A DNA stretch of 64,000 nucleotides from Octopus sinensis (GCF_006345805.1 NC_043000.1:145948001-146012000), one strand, 5' to 3'. Counted from the first letter of the stretch, positions 14,024 through 28,857 are shown. Notes: generated by a model not told the origin, from the sequence alone. Program-made: numbers and translations.

Positions 14024-15290
14024 ACATTGGCTTGATAGTTCCGGGTCAATAAGCTCTGATCTTGAGCAGCCAAGAAAGAGCTTTCCCTCAATGCCTTTAG
14101 TCCTGAGCTCTGTAGCCACTGATGGGTGTGCTTCTGGTCCACATCAATTTGTTTGCTACGGTCCACATATATACCATGCTGAGGTTTTTTGCTCCCACCT
14201 ATCAAGCAATTGTTTCAATGCATTTTGTTTTGCTAGTGATTTCACCTTCTTTGCAACTACAGTTGCCGCACTTTCATCCTTCTGTTCATCCTGGATATTA
14301 TGCATATACTCACTAGCATATTCTTTGCTCTCCTTCATAACAGAATAAAGCTCCTTACGTCTCACGTGCTTTTCAATGCTCTTTATCATCCAGTCATCAA
14401 ATGTTTCAAGATATTTTGCTAATCCGATTATAGAGATTTTATAAGAGATTTTAAATTGAATCACGCCGCAACGTCCTCGAGTTCTGGGAAGGTAAAGACA
14501 ATCTGCGTCTGCCTTAGGGTTGTTCATCTTATTGCAAGTCAAGAGCAACTGGAACTACTAAGGAATTTATAGCTAATACCTTGTTATGTGCATTTAACTC
14601 GGATATTAGGACTGCTCGAAATCCCTCGAGGTATTCCTTCCTGATCTTCTCTCCTATGGTTGCATACTAAAACAGAGGTATTTGTTTGTTCTGGCAAGAT
14701 TTCTTTAATAACTGTGTCAATATCTAACACCACAGAATGTAAGGTCTTCAGTTTTCCTTTCTGGAAAGTGGCCTTAGCACATTTTTCAAGACCAAATTCC
14801 ATCCCGATATCATCACTGAATGCTTTTACAGAACGTAGTAACCCTTCAATCTCTTCGCCATAGAATTCTAAGTTATCTAAATATGAGAGATTACATATTT
14901 TCTTGTCTTCAATTTTATACCCATATCTTGTTGTTACGTTCCCTGGTAAGGGGGTATTAGTATGCAAAAAGTTAAAGGTGAATATATGTCACCTTGGAAA
15001 ATGTCGCAGTTGATATCAATATTTTTCTGGTCCGTACGCCATTAGAATGGTATAATTAGAGATTCGTATTCTACACTTACATGTTGTGCTTTAGGTCTCA
15101 GAAAATTTGAAGATATCCAGCGATTTCGAGATCCATGAATGCGGTATGCAATGAAAGGCCTTTTTATCACCAATCCATGTGGTAGTGAGATTTCTGCGTT
15201 TGTAATGACAGTAATCAAGGATCATGAGGTTGATTAAGAGTTGGTCTTTGCATGCACAATAGATTACGCCGTTGAAAAGATTTCAGCCAT
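14024..15290 (-). mobile_element. second Dong/R4-clade LINE fragment (RT to pre-RLE region)
   Basis: CKDQLLIN, HSWISKSL, FSDDIGMEFGLEKCAKATF, CLYLPRTRGRCG, WLQSSGLKA..FLAAQDQSLLTRNYQ. Confidence 0.85.
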
Positions 15291-16500
15291 CATGCAAAGT
15301 AATTTTAGATGCCAAGAGCCTTCCTAAGTAACGTAACTGCCTCTAACAATAATGTTTATGGAGTTGCACGAAACTAGTTTTTATGCTTACTAGCAGTATC
15401 GCCCGGCGTTGCTCGGGTTTGTTTCGTCCCTTCAGAATTGGAATTTTTGAAAGGTAAAACTTTTTCGTTATGTAGCTTGTTATTCTCTTTAAGTGGACAT
15501 TTTTCTGGTTGAAATACACCAAAAAATGGCGACACAGCAATCAAAAAATCGTAAGAAATAGGGATTTTCATAGAAAAAAAGCACCTTTTTGATGTAAATA
15601 AGTTTTAGTGTTAACATGGTACGATTTGAATGTTTTCCTCTACGGAAGGAAGAGCAAACCTTCTTCTATCATACTCTGAATTTTGGTCAACTTGGGCCGC
15701 AGGGGTCTTGGAGGAGAGAGTGTTAGTTGAAGGCTATCAAACCTGCCATACACAGACAACTTCAGCTTTATATATATGTAGCTTTTCTCTATCGATCTAT
15801 TGAAATCTTTAGGGTTACTTCCTAATGCACCCATAACTACTGAGATACATCTCATTCACACTTACCACAGCATCTGTAACCCAATAGCTCGATCCTGCTA
15901 TATTTTATTTTCTCTACACGTCTCATATAGACTTCCTCATCATTTAGGACTGGCAATTGCCCTTCTCTTTGTCTGCTACTACTAAATGAGGCCTTCTAGT
16001 TTCCATTACTCTGGCAGTCGCATTGTTAAAATCTCACGTCTTATATTTCTTACTTTCTAGTACTTTACTTGATTCATGTTCATACCATATATCAGTATGA
16101 TCAAGTTCCAGCTTTCTACATAACTCCCAGTCGACAATTCCCCTTAGGCTATCATGTCTTTCTCTGCCTTCTTTCTATGTTAGAATACTACATTCACAGA
16201 CTAAATGTGTAAAATTTTCTCTCTTTGATTTACATAACCTACAGCAGTTATCGTCTACACTGAGTTTTGTCTACGATTTTATGTAGTCAGACCTTGATGG
16301 ACATCTTGTGCAGCTGCTAACAAACTTTCTGACTCCATTCTCAGCCTTCTTTTCTGAAACGACAACGATATTTCACTATTAGTATTTTCTTCTACTCCCT
16401 TTGGAAATCTACCATGCAAACTCGTCTGCTGCCAGTCAGATAACCTTGCTTCTTTCATTTTGATTATTTTAAAAACTACATTTGGTTTTTAGTTTCCCTA
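15291..16500 (-). mobile_element. third Dong/R4-clade 3' fragment (CCHC + RLE), interrupted by a Helitron
   Basis: SLHGRF, ESLLAAAQD, CRLCNQRE, RHD, WELCRKL, WYEH, VVMGALGS. The frame rejoins across 15390-15782 as IEK|ISIKTS. Confidence 0.75.
15390..15782 (-). mobile_element. non-autonomous Helitron (~393 bp)
   Basis: 3' CTAG (15390-15393) with subterminal hairpin cccg-gcgttgct-cggg (15402-15417). 5' end is gctacatatatataaagctg (TC changed to GC). Inserted between A and T with no TSD. Confidence 0.75.
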
Positions 16501-16529
16501 TCTCCTAATGTTACAAACAAACAGACAGG

Positions 16530-17137
16530 CAGGCATGCAGGTAGGTAGGTAGGTAGGTAGGTAGGTCGGTGGCTAGCTAGGTAGGTAGCAAGGTAGCTAG
16601 CTAGGTAGGTAACTTGCTAGATAGATAGCTAGGTCGGTTTGTAGGTATGTATGACTGTAAGAGTGTATGTATGTAAGTATGTATGTATGTATTCAGGTAG
16701 GTAGCTAGCTAGCTAGCTTGCTATATAGGTAGCGTGCTAGATAGATAGATAGTTAGGTCGGTTTGTAAGTATGTATGAATGAATGTATGTATAATATATA
16801 AGTTGGTAGGTAGGTAGGTACGTACGTAGGTAGGTAGGTAGGTAGGTAGGTAGGTAGGTAGGTAGGTAGGTAGGTAGGTAGGTAGGTGGCTAAGCAGATA
16901 GCTACGTAGGGAGCTAAGTCTGCAGGGAGGCAGACGGAAACCCAGATAGATGGATCGATCGAGTAATGGGTAGATAGATAGATACATACATATATGCGTA
17001 TATACATACGTACATGCATAGAGAGATAGATAGATACATACAACATACGTTCATACATACATACATACATACATACATACATACATACATACGTACATAT
17101 ATACGTACATACATACATACATACATACATACATACA

Positions 17138-17169
<32 letters not shown>

Positions 17170-17170
17170 C
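16530..17170. repeat. compound tetranucleotide array (AGGT/AGCT/AGAT/ATGT/ACAT)
   Basis: Direct reading of the sequence. Confidence 0.9.
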
Positions 17171-20100
17171 AAATGTATATAGCTAGTTTCCTTTGTATTG
17201 TTCACTTGTTTGCGTTACAAACGGTAAACAGACAACTAGAAACCAGCGTGAAAGTTGTTGATCATGTGGCATCAGTCAATGAAATGCAAAGAGCGTAAGA
17301 TGAGGGTTGTAAAAACGAGTTCCACAGGAAACAAACAAAAAAAAACGTTAGTAGACTGAGATGCATCTTAAGATATGCGTTACTTCGGTACGCTATGGTC
17401 CATGGGAGGTTCCAGGTAGAAAATTCTGTGAATGAAGTTATTACTAGTAGGATTTACAGCAGAAACATAACATAAGATGTAATAAGAAAGGAACTGATAA
17501 CGAAAGTATAGAACGAAATTTATTTTGTAAAGAAGATTAGAAGACAGCAAATCTCATCCCTCCGAGGCTGAAATTATTATGCATAGATGGAATATAATCT
17601 AGTAACATCGCTGCTGGATTCTCTGTGGGAATGGACTATGTTTCTGGTCTCATCTATCTGGGTAATGTATACAGACGTCAAGTAGTAACATTTACATGTA
17701 TCTCTTCGATATTATGTGCAAAGTATTATAAATTTTCATATTTCTGAAATACTTTATCGTCATATATCACGATCTGCGTTACAGCTGTATACTGATTTTT
17801 AATGAAATAAGGGAATTATGTAAACCTGTTGAATTTATTCATTTATTCAAATTGTATATACACTGTGTAATTTTAGGAGTTTCCTTTTATTCTTTTAATT
17901 AATTTGTTATAACCACAATGTTGTTGTTAACACCATGTATGACAGATTAATTTGCCTTTATAATATCTTGTTCCATATTACCAAATTTCACTCTCACAAG
18001 AATCGCTTTTGAAAATATGGAAGCAATGCTGGGATTGGCAAGCTACTATTGAAAGAGTTAGAGATAATTTAATGATAATCCAATTCAACGACGTAGTTTC
18101 AATTTCCATGTCTTTGTACATGACTTTAAACCTGTGAAGAAAATATTGGCGTTGCAATTGCCACTTTTCTGCTATTGATTAATGATGGACATTTCTTTTG
18201 TATGAAGAAAAAACTCACGTTGACTAAATAAAGGACATCATTATATTGTTAAGGAAATGAAAAATTATCCGGTAAAGAAGTGCGCACCACCTATATCTGT
18301 GTCATGCAAAAAGGAATTTCATCCTTGGTAGTTAAAATTCCGCAGCTTAACAATTTGATAGATTTAATAGCAGTAGAAATTTAGATGATATTTCCAAGTC
18401 AACTTAAAATTTTAGCCTATACTCCACATCGTCTTAGACGAAAAACAAGTCTGAATACATGTATGCACCACGATAGGTCATCGGTATTTAGTCTACACGC
18501 AAAGCAACTAGCAGGCAAAAAAAAAAAAAGAATTCGGACATCACACAGCCATCTATATGCCATCAATTATAACTGAATCACCTGTTCCACCACATCAATT
18601 TCTTAATAAATACTCTTCGATTCTATCTCTATCATTATTACGCTTCCTAATCGCCAATTATAACAACACACCACGAGAAAACCAACTATAGCCATTTATA
18701 TATCGCTAAACAAAAAAAAACTTCCATTCCAGAGCCAATTATCTATATCCAGTGACAGAAACCTTACATCACTCAACATGTTAGGAATAGCAGTGGAATA
18801 TGGCTCAAATCACATTTTACAAGCATAAGATAATGACGGTTTTATAAGACATTCTAGTGCTGGATACACTGTGCATAAAATCAAACCCAGTGAGGTGTGA
18901 CAGTAACGCGTTTGATTAAAATTTGCTTCATTAGGAATGGCTTTCGTCTGAACAACACGAAAAGTCATTACTGATATACCTTTCATATAAGCAACAGTGT
19001 CGAACATGATATGTAGGCCTGTATATGTAGCAATGCCATATACAGAAACTAGCTGTTTCTTACCTCTCGTCCAATAAGTATCTGTTATGTTAATCTATCA
19101 CATGATACACTGGCATGGATTTCTATTCTGTCAAACATCCTCACGAAAAAACTTCTACAATCTCCTGTAAATATATGATTAACCTCATGACAATTATTTT
19201 AAAATCACAAAATCTACAAAAATTTCGATAGTCAACTTTCCTTATTGGTAGACATCCATGTACAGACGCTAACCTAAGGGGACTTAGACAAATCACTACA
19301 ATTTCATTTCATTCCACATTGAGGATCTCAATATATGAATATCAGTAAATCCGCAACTACGTCAAGACATTTTATTACATTTAACTCAAGTGACGAAGAC
19401 CACTAACTTACTATTTCTAAAAACGTAGGATATGTGCATTTAATAACCTCTGAAAAATACTTTCAAAATTATTCTGGAATAATAGTGTGCAACTGCTCTG
19501 TTCAGCAGAATGAAATTTTGTATTGTCACTGGTTTAGCAGCAAAAGCACCTCGCTATTCAAAAACTGTCTTAAATGAAGTTGAATATGCTGGCTCCAAGA
19601 TATACTCTAATGACAGAATGGCTTCTAATGCAACATCTTGAAACTTACATCTGGTCAGCATCAGGTGAAGTGGTTTCAGAATAATAGTGTCACCACTGAT
19701 TAAACTGCATACAAAATACAGAACTAACGTTAATGTCAATCTGAGTTGGTGTTAGTGGTATATGCACAAAGATACAAAATAACGAAGATATGTATGAGCC
19801 GGATGCAGCGTATACTCATTAATATAGTGCGCAGAGAAATATTTTCATATGATTGGGATTACAGAAGAGATAGAGGATCGTATACATTGATGTCAACGAG
19901 TAAATATGGAGAGAAACGTATTAGTTCGACTTCAAATGAGCTTCCTGTCAGATGATCAGATGAAACTGCAACTCACAAGAACCTCAGAGACGGCAAGTTC
20001 ATCAGATTCGTTGAGAAATAATGAATATAGAGTCAAACACGGGCATATACACAGATATTCATGAACACACACCGTTACACAGTTAAATGGTCCTGATTTA

Positions 20101-20438
20101 CTGTCAGATGAGTTTTGACCAACACTGTATATACATACATAAATACATATGAGGGTTCTACGTTAGTATTACAAAAGTGGGCAGAGCTGTTTTTGCTTAA
20201 AATTGGAGTGCAGTGACATGCCTACTTATTAACACCTGTTTCAGTCTTGCCTACACGTCACCTGTCTTTAAATCAGGTGTTTCCTTTTGCATGGTTTATC
20301 TTCAACATTAAATTTTCTGTCATTATATATCTTAGTCGAACATTAATACTGCCCTTTAGTTAAAATTGCGGAAGGGGGTACTCTTCCCATAAGCATAATT
20401 TAAATGTCCTACCACCAGTTAATATAAAGCATGTCTAA

Positions 20439-20476
<38 letters not shown>

Positions 20477-20478
<2 letters not shown>

Positions 20479-21310
20479 AGCTGATGCATTTTGGAAGAAA
20501 TTCCTCACTAAAACAACAATTTCCTTCAGGGGAACCGCTCACAGCCTCTAACGATATCAGAGACCTGGGTGTAATTGTTGATGGCGATCTCAGTTGGAAT
20601 GCACACATCAACAAGAAGGTCGATATAGCTCGTAGGATGAGTTCCTGGATCTTAAGAACTTTCCGGTCCAGAGAACAAGGTGTCATCATACCACTTTTTT
20701 CCTCCTTTGTACGGCCACACCTTGAATACTGCTGCCCACTGTGTTCTCCCCATACAAGACAAAACATCTCCAAAATTGAGTCACCCTAGAGGGCACTCAC
20801 TAAACGAATTGAAGGCATGGCTGCTATCGATTATTGGGATCGCCTTAAAGCCTTGAAACTCTACTATTTCCAGCGTCGCCGTGAGCGGTACATCATTTGT
20901 ACGATGTGGAGAATATACCGCCAACTTTGCCCAAACGACCTTAACATTAGCTTCAAGGTTCATCCAATACTGGGACCACGGGCCATACGTCCCGTGCCCA
21001 ATTCAAGATCAAAACATACATGTACACTGCAACATAATTTCTTTTCCTCAACAGGCCCTGCCCTATTTAACATTGTCCCGAGGGAGATCAAAGAGGAAAA
21101 GGATCCCATCAACTTTAAACGGAGTCTGGATAGATTCCTTCAAAGAATACCAGATAAGCCACCCATAATTGGATACAACTCACCCAACAAGAACTCACTA
21201 CTTAAACAAAACTTGACTTAAACAGGATTCGAATAATCCTATCAGGTGGTGCTATTAAGTTAGACATGGTCTGGACCAATCTTTGGTCGAAACATATCTA
21301 AGTTTATCTA
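20477..21310 (+). mobile_element. CR1-type LINE, 5'-truncated 3' end of ORF2
   Basis: IRDLGVIVDGDLSWNAHI, WILRTF, FVRPHLEYCCPL, QRRRERYII, GPALFNIVP, IPDKP. One in-frame stop at 20787-20789, then a short 3' UTR. Confidence 0.92.
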
Positions 21311-23459
21311 TGTTTATATATATATATAATAGCAAACAAGCCCAATACCGTAGTAAGAACCAGATAACACACTTTTACAAAAGGTTTAGGTAGAAATAAA
21401 AATATATACCTCAATAACATAATACATCTAGTTATATCGAATGGTATGTAATTTCCAATATACCAAAATTCTTTTATTCGGCATTGACCAAACATTTTCC
21501 AAAAGCCAGTAAATATTATAAGATTTTTAATAAAGAAAAAATTGTTAGCTTTTTTTTCTTAGGTTTTTCTAGCGCAAATTTTAGCGGCACACAACGCTAG
21601 TAAATTTAACTGTTTCCATATGAACAAAATAGTAATAAGAATTATAAATGCAGATCAATAAATAGTAACAATGTCAACATTACTGAACAGTCCATAAGTA
21701 ATACAACTAGCTATCAGGATAGGAACTATGGTTTGACAACCAAATAAAATAGAGACCTGAGTGAACTCTCCCAGTAGCCTGGAAATCTATGTGAATCCTA
21801 AACACCATATTACTCAGAATGATGTCTATGTGCAAAGGTTCTCAACGGGGGTCATATGCCCACCCCCGGGGGGAACATTTGGAGCTCGATGGGGCGTTTT
21901 GGAGCAAATGGGCTCTAAGGAGCGTTAAGGGAATTGGGTGCTGGAAGACCCTCAACATTGGTAAGTTTAATTTGAAATTAACGAGTAGTCGCCCTATTTT
22001 CACATCTCTGCGACTGTCATTTAAAAAAAAGACCTGTGTTTTTTGTTTCAAATTTTCAAAAGCTAAAAACACTTTTTCTACTTTGACGATATCATGTGTA
22101 ACTGGTGTCGCTAAAGTGAAACACCCAAAATATAAAAAAAATATAAAAACTAATGAATAGTGACAGACGGCTAAAAGAGAAAATGCAATGAGTAAAAGCG
22201 AAAAGCTGAATGTGTGTTTGTGTGCAAATATATAAAGAATGGTGGTCAGAATTTTGGATGAAACTGGCATTTGGGAGTGGCTGGTAGGCATGTGTCTGTG
22301 TATGTGTGTATATGTATGGGTATGTTTGTATGTATATGATTGCATGTGTTGCCGTATTGAATTCCTTTCTGCGATTGAACTTAATTTGACCCTTGATTAT
22401 TAAGGGCCCAACCACACACACATACACGCACATTTGTGTTGGGTTTTGTACTCATCTGAACTGCGGATATACACCGGATAACGTAGTAAGTCATATGTTC
22501 CGAAATTTAAATTTTAAATTTGTTTTAACTATATACTCCTCAGCTAAAAAAAAACATCTTTTGGCTTTCTAAAATGGAACCTTTTCTTTCTCTTTCTATA
22601 TTTTTTGTTAAGTTAGAATTTCTCTGCTTTGCTCAGGATTTGCCAATTTTCTTTTTACTTTATCAAGCAATGGACCGAAGCTTTTAAAAAAAATAATTTC
22701 ATAGAGGCGAACAAGATTAAAAATGATAATTTTAATTATAACGAGGGAGAGGAATAAACAATTTTCCCTTCCTTAACACTAACAAGAGCATACATAGTAT
22801 GAGGAGATTTGACTGTTACCTCTAGCAAATTGAACAACCACCAGAAAGTTACCTCATTGGCTCATTTGTTGATGTGTATAAGTAAACAAAAACTAAAGGA
22901 AAAACAGTCACTAGCAAACACGCACGCACGTATAATATATGAATGTATGTATACATTATCTATAGCTTGGCCCAGGTTTTGTGAAAGTGTCCAAATATAT
23001 TGTATGAAGGTATTTATGCATAATACATACAAAGTAAAGGCTTACAACTACTAACAAAAATAGAGATTAATGTATAATAGTTTTAAACTCACTTTTATTT
23101 ATGTTTATCATATTTAATTTGTGTTGAAAGTGAATAAATTTTAAATTTTGCTTTCAATATAATCATTTTTATAATTTTTTTATAATTTATTTTCTTTCCT
23201 GTTTGACCTCTCTTATTTGTCCACGATAGCTTCTTTCAATTTGGAAGCAATCATTTTCTTTACATCCATCCCCAAGAAAGAGTAATCGATTAGCTGAGCA
23301 GTGCAGGACCTAACTTTTGAAATGCTTAAAAATGAGTTACACAACGCTAAGGGGAGATTTGAAGCATGCAGGGATAAAGACATGTTGAAATCTTTCATAG
23401 AATGTTGAGGCAAGATTTGTAAACCTATTTGTTTAAGTATCATAATTAAGTAAGCATCC

Positions 23460-23717
23460 CATAATTAAGTAAGCATCGGGACCTGGTGGTTACCGCCCGT
23501 TGACAAGGGACAAAAATCCCGAAACTAGTCCCAGCGTATCACTCAGGCTTACGAGGAAGGGATGGCCTCCCTTTGCAAATACTTCAAGGGCACTGAAATG
23601 GTGTCTAAAGCCAACTGGAGACGACGATCTTTTGGGGCTATAAAGCTACAGTAACACCCCCTCCCCTATGTGGTTAGCCATGTTATGATGGCTTCTATAC
23701 TTTACATAATTAAGTAA
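23460..23717 (+). mobile_element. hammerhead-headed short retroelement (retrozyme/pLTR-like), degenerate
   Basis: About 165 bp after the hammerhead align with the 37363-37760 element. 13-bp terminal direct repeat cataattaagtaa at 23460-23472 and 23705-23717. Confidence 0.6.
23494..23536 (+). ncRNA. degenerate type I hammerhead ribozyme motif
   Basis: TTGACAA (core CUGANGA with 2 changes)-GGGA-caaaaa-TCCC-GAAA-CTAG-TC. Stem III is the palindrome ACTAGT; stem I has 4 of 6 pairs. Confidence 0.5.
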
Positions 23718-23924
23718 TAAACATAAAAATCTGTCCGGTTTTTTAACTCAATTTCATTGAAACATTCCGGAAGCCCCTGTATAGTGTAGAGTTGTTAGTT
23801 GTTGCGTTAGTCGAATAAATATTAAAATCAAATGTCTTCTCCGCCGTAAACATCTAATCTTTTATTTAAGCATGTTCTATCAAGAAGTATATTATCCAAA
23901 ATGTATCTCCCCTTCATAGGAGTG

Positions 23925-24040
23925 GCTCTATGTTTGAGAAGCTTGTTTTCCAACCATGTCGCCTTAGGTTAAGTCCCACTGTGCGGCACGTTGGGCAATT
24001 CGCTTTCATTACAACTCCGTGTCGACCAAAATCTTGTGTA
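23925..24040 (+). mobile_element. degenerate SINE 5' fragment
   Basis: Similar to the head of the SINE at 29172-29543 (agcttg..ccaaccatgt...agtcccactg..cggcac.ttgggcaa). Confidence 0.45.
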
Positions 24041-24284
24041 TTATATAATTGCCATTACTGTATTGATATATAAAATAACAGAGAACTCACTTATTATTGT
24101 TGTATAATAAGCAAAGAAATGAATGAAATTGATCTCTTTTCTACTTCAATTGTTACATGTTTTTTTTCTCATAAAATGCACACATACAGGAGTAAATTAT
24201 ATATATAACTCTTTGAAGGTGGATCTCTGGAAAGATTAAAAGTAATTACCCAATCAACAACCGGTATTACTGCTAACACACACA

Positions 24285-24341
<57 letters not shown>

Positions 24342-24694
24342 CAAGGTAAGAGCCAAGGATTCTTTGAACGTCCGTGCAGGAAAAGAAAGATGGTGATTGT
24401 CACATGCGGAAAGGACTTTGTATAAGGACCTTCCACGTTTGTCTTCTTTCCATTTCCTTGTATACTTCCACTGTCTTGTTTTTGTTCCCAATTTTGACCC
24501 TCCACAAATCCTAAATTATATTTTAGAACTTATAGGAGCAACAGTCTTTGAAGACTCATATTGTCCTTGAATGTTCGAAATGAGGAGTAGATAGACAACC
24601 GACAACTGATGAAGGGTCGTTTCTCTGTGTTTTCTTGTCCTGTACACATATATGCTTGCATATATGTACATATATCATTTATTATATATATATG

Positions 24695-24746
<52 letters not shown>

Positions 24747-25476
24747 TATACATATATATACATATATATATACATATATATATATATATTGGTAAAAACG
24801 GTAAGATAACAAAAGAAAGAAAGAAACCTCAATATTATGTAAATAGAGGAATTTTATCTATAAAATAATATGTTACAATTACTCAATAGTCAAGATAAAA
24901 CTCTGAATTCCAGATGCCGAAGTGGAAATCCTCAACACCATCTCTTCGGCTATCTGGCCATCTGAAAAACGCTATGAAAAAATACTTTTATATAAAGGGA
25001 AATTACTGTGTTATAATTCCGCTATTTATATAAATTAAGATTAAAAGTTCATAATGAACACGTAAACATGGCTACTCATACGCTCACATGTGCGCTCGCG
25101 AACCCACGTGCGTACTTATACGTCACTATGAAAACGTACACATCTTCACTCGCATTTTTCGTCAAATGTATACGCATATATATACAAACTCATACACACA
25201 CGCGTACCGTAAACGTTCATACATTCGTCTATATACGCACAAGCACAAGAAAAAGCATGGTTAAAGGTAACAGAAAAAATATACGGAAGTATACAAAGCG
25301 TAAAAACCACGTTCATATACGGACATGCCCTTATGCACTCATACACACGCGCACCCATATATGTACATACCCGCACATGTTTATATACGCATACACACAC
25401 GCTTGGAAAAAAAATGAATATACTTAAGCCCCACCCAACCTAAAAATATTGTAAAAATACTAAGTAAAAACGTATG

Positions 25477-25522
<46 letters not shown>

Positions 25523-25912
25523 ATATATATAAATATGTACATATATATATATAAAAAATGATATGTATGAATGTATGTATGTATGTATGTATACATAAAA
25601 TATTTCACTATATCTTCATTGATATATGCAAAATATATATGAAGCATATCTATTTTCCAAAGTAGTACCAAGGAAATAGATTTGGTGAAAGTTTTAAAAC
25701 TCTATTTTAGCTCGATATACCTATAAATGTTTGCATGTGTCATAGTGTGTGTAGGTGAAGGTGTATGTGTCTGTAAGCGGGCGTACGCTTTCGTGATTGC
25801 GTGTGTATAGTTATACAGCGATGATTACCAATGTGAGGCAAAAACTCCAAGATGCTGTAAGAAAAAGCAAAACGCACATGCTGACACATAGCCCCATCCC
25901 TGCATGTATATA

Positions 25913-25946
<34 letters not shown>

Positions 25947-26401
25947 CATATATGTATATATATACATATATACACACATATATATATATATATATATATA
26001 ATTACATTAGTTCATATTTAATTTATATTTAAAATTGTAGTGCGTAAACGTCAAAATAAACAGTATGCCAGTGAATTTGAAGAAAAATATTTCACTCAAG
26101 AGCCAAATACAACTTTCGCGTGTAGGCCGATAAATTAATAAAGTGTGTGTTCATGGTGCACCAAAGAAATAGTTGCACTAAATGCTCTGATGATATTAGT
26201 ATATCAGATTTTTAGAAAGGACATTGTGAAATATAGAATTCTTTTAATTCAAAACTAGAAGAACATGTTGAAATAAAGACTTGTGGCAAATGGGAAAATT
26301 GATTTCTGTTATATTTTTGCAGAAGCACACGCACACATATATAGACACATATATAGATGTATATAGGTGCATATATGTGTATGAGTATAGATATACACAC
26401 A

Positions 26402-26453
<52 letters not shown>

Positions 26454-28123
26454 ATGTATGTATGTGTATGTATATATGTATGCTTTCTCTGTGTATACGT
26501 GTGCATGTGTGCGCGTGTGTGTGAGTATTTGTGTGTGTAAAGTCTATTCATTTATGTTCTTTAACGCCACTGCTTCAACTGCAGTCATGTAAATTATTTA
26601 GTATCTTCTGAAAGCTTCCGGATAATATATGTGGAAGCTTTTCCGTAGACCGAACCCATCCACCATAAATAGAAGACAATTCAAAATTTATCCTATATTC
26701 GATACATTTTATATACATGTTGCATCCTTGCACGTTTCTAGTAATTCATAAACATCAATCTGTATATTTTGCAAAGTACTGCTACATATTTATCTATTGG
26801 TTAACAAGTGCCCAGCAACATAACTTAAGCATACACCGCTGTTTTATAGATGTAGAAACATATGGAATTATATTAACCAATGACGAAGAACGAAAAGAAA
26901 CTTGAAAGCAACGTAGATACATATTTCGCGTCAAAGAGGTAAACTGTCTTTAGAAGCAATTATGTAAAACCTGTCCATGTCTGCTAGAAAGAGGAAATCA
27001 GGAGATGCGATGACTACATGTAGAAGAATATGAGCATTCCATGATAACTTCTCATAGCTCCTAAAAAATAGACGCGTAAAGTAAGCCATAAAAGCAAATA
27101 GATTTTAAGAGAAGATATTTTTCTCGTTTTTCTATTATTTGATTTTTCTGAAGAAACTTTATGTAATTTTTTTTATATCACATACTTAAACATCTGCTGT
27201 TTATCCCTGCTTTGCATGTTAGTTAGAGAGACCGATCCTATTTTTTCAATCATTCCTTGATTGAAAGCTGAATGGAAATCTTAACAAATACGACCAAGTG
27301 CGTTCATTTCTTTCTTTCGTTTTTCCTTTCTTTTTGACTCTGTATTATTTGTTGAATGATTACTTTTTTATAAACATCATTGTATTTATCTTTTTGCACC
27401 AAATAGCTCTAACATATATTCCCAGTTACTATTAAGAAACTCTTTTTGGGATAAGTTCACACATCTCAGCTCTCCTTAATCAACAATCTTGCATTATGTT
27501 ATTTTCTTTAGTTGGCTTAACTTGGTGGTTATGGAGTGCAATGCATTGATAGGAGACAAAAGGCAGAAAAACGTGTAAACTATTTCTTCCCTTGCCTTTT
27601 TACTGCGCTTCAATTGCTTCAAAAATATTATTGCATGTAGAAACTTGTTTGTTGAATGATAGCATTGCTAATGCAATGGAGTAAATATGTGTTTTCATCA
27701 TGTCACAGTAATATCAAACTTCCTACAGTTTAAATATTTAACATGAATTATTGCCAATACGTCCGGGGTTGTTATTAGAGAGGTCGTCACAAAATTTTCT
27801 GAATGACACCCAATTCTTCAAACAATTAGAAGAAAAATATATTATGAATGAAAAGTTACGTAAACACATTAACTCCCCTTACCCAGAGAGAATCGTTTCC
27901 TAATTTCGATACTGGGAGACTGTTCTACATCACTTTTCCTCTTTTCAATATGCTCTATTTATCTCTTGCATTCTTACACGATATCAATTGATTTCAAGAA
28001 TGTATTAACATATACTGTGATATCGCACGCACAATCACAAGCAAAATGCAGACATATACAAGGTACCTATATACATATACATATGGTATATGTATATATA
28101 TATATACATATATATACATATAC

Positions 28124-28206
<83 letters not shown>

Positions 28207-28409
28207 GTATTTTATTTATTTTTAAAAAATTATTTATCTAGTTTCAGCTCACAAGCCGTGGCCATGCTGGGGCACCGCCATTTGGTGTTGCTACATGATT
28301 TTACTTCACGAATGCTTTTTAGCAACCGCCATTTGGTGCATGAGAGAGTTCGATGCAGCTGCCCTCATCTGCACCTCCTGCTGTGAAGTTGGTTGATCTG
28401 GGACACCTG

Positions 28410-28443
28410 ATATATGTATATATATATATATATAATATATATT

Positions 28444-28482
<39 letters not shown>

Positions 28483-28483
28483 C

Positions 28484-28522
<39 letters not shown>

Positions 28523-28540
28523 ATATATAAATATATATAA

Positions 28541-28600
<60 letters not shown>

Positions 28601-28619
28601 TATAATACATATAATATAT

Positions 28620-28678
<59 letters not shown>

Positions 28679-28681
28679 CGC

Positions 28682-28773
<92 letters not shown>

Positions 28774-28775
28774 GT
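28410..28775. repeat. long imperfect (TA)n array
   Basis: Direct reading of the sequence. Confidence 0.95.
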
Positions 28776-28857
28776 ATATATATTGCAGAAATGATCGTGA
28801 GTAACGCCAGTGAAATGCGAAGTAAATTCAAGGCAAATCACAAGAAAACAAATATAT

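Noticed and set aside
21833-21900. caaaggttctcaacggggg resembling a hAT/Charlie TIR
   Set aside because: No matching second TIR or 8-bp TSD found.
28791-28804. 8-nt micro-exon-like ttgcag|AAATGATC|gtgagt
   Set aside because: Preceded by (TA)n rather than a polypyrimidine tract; unsupported.
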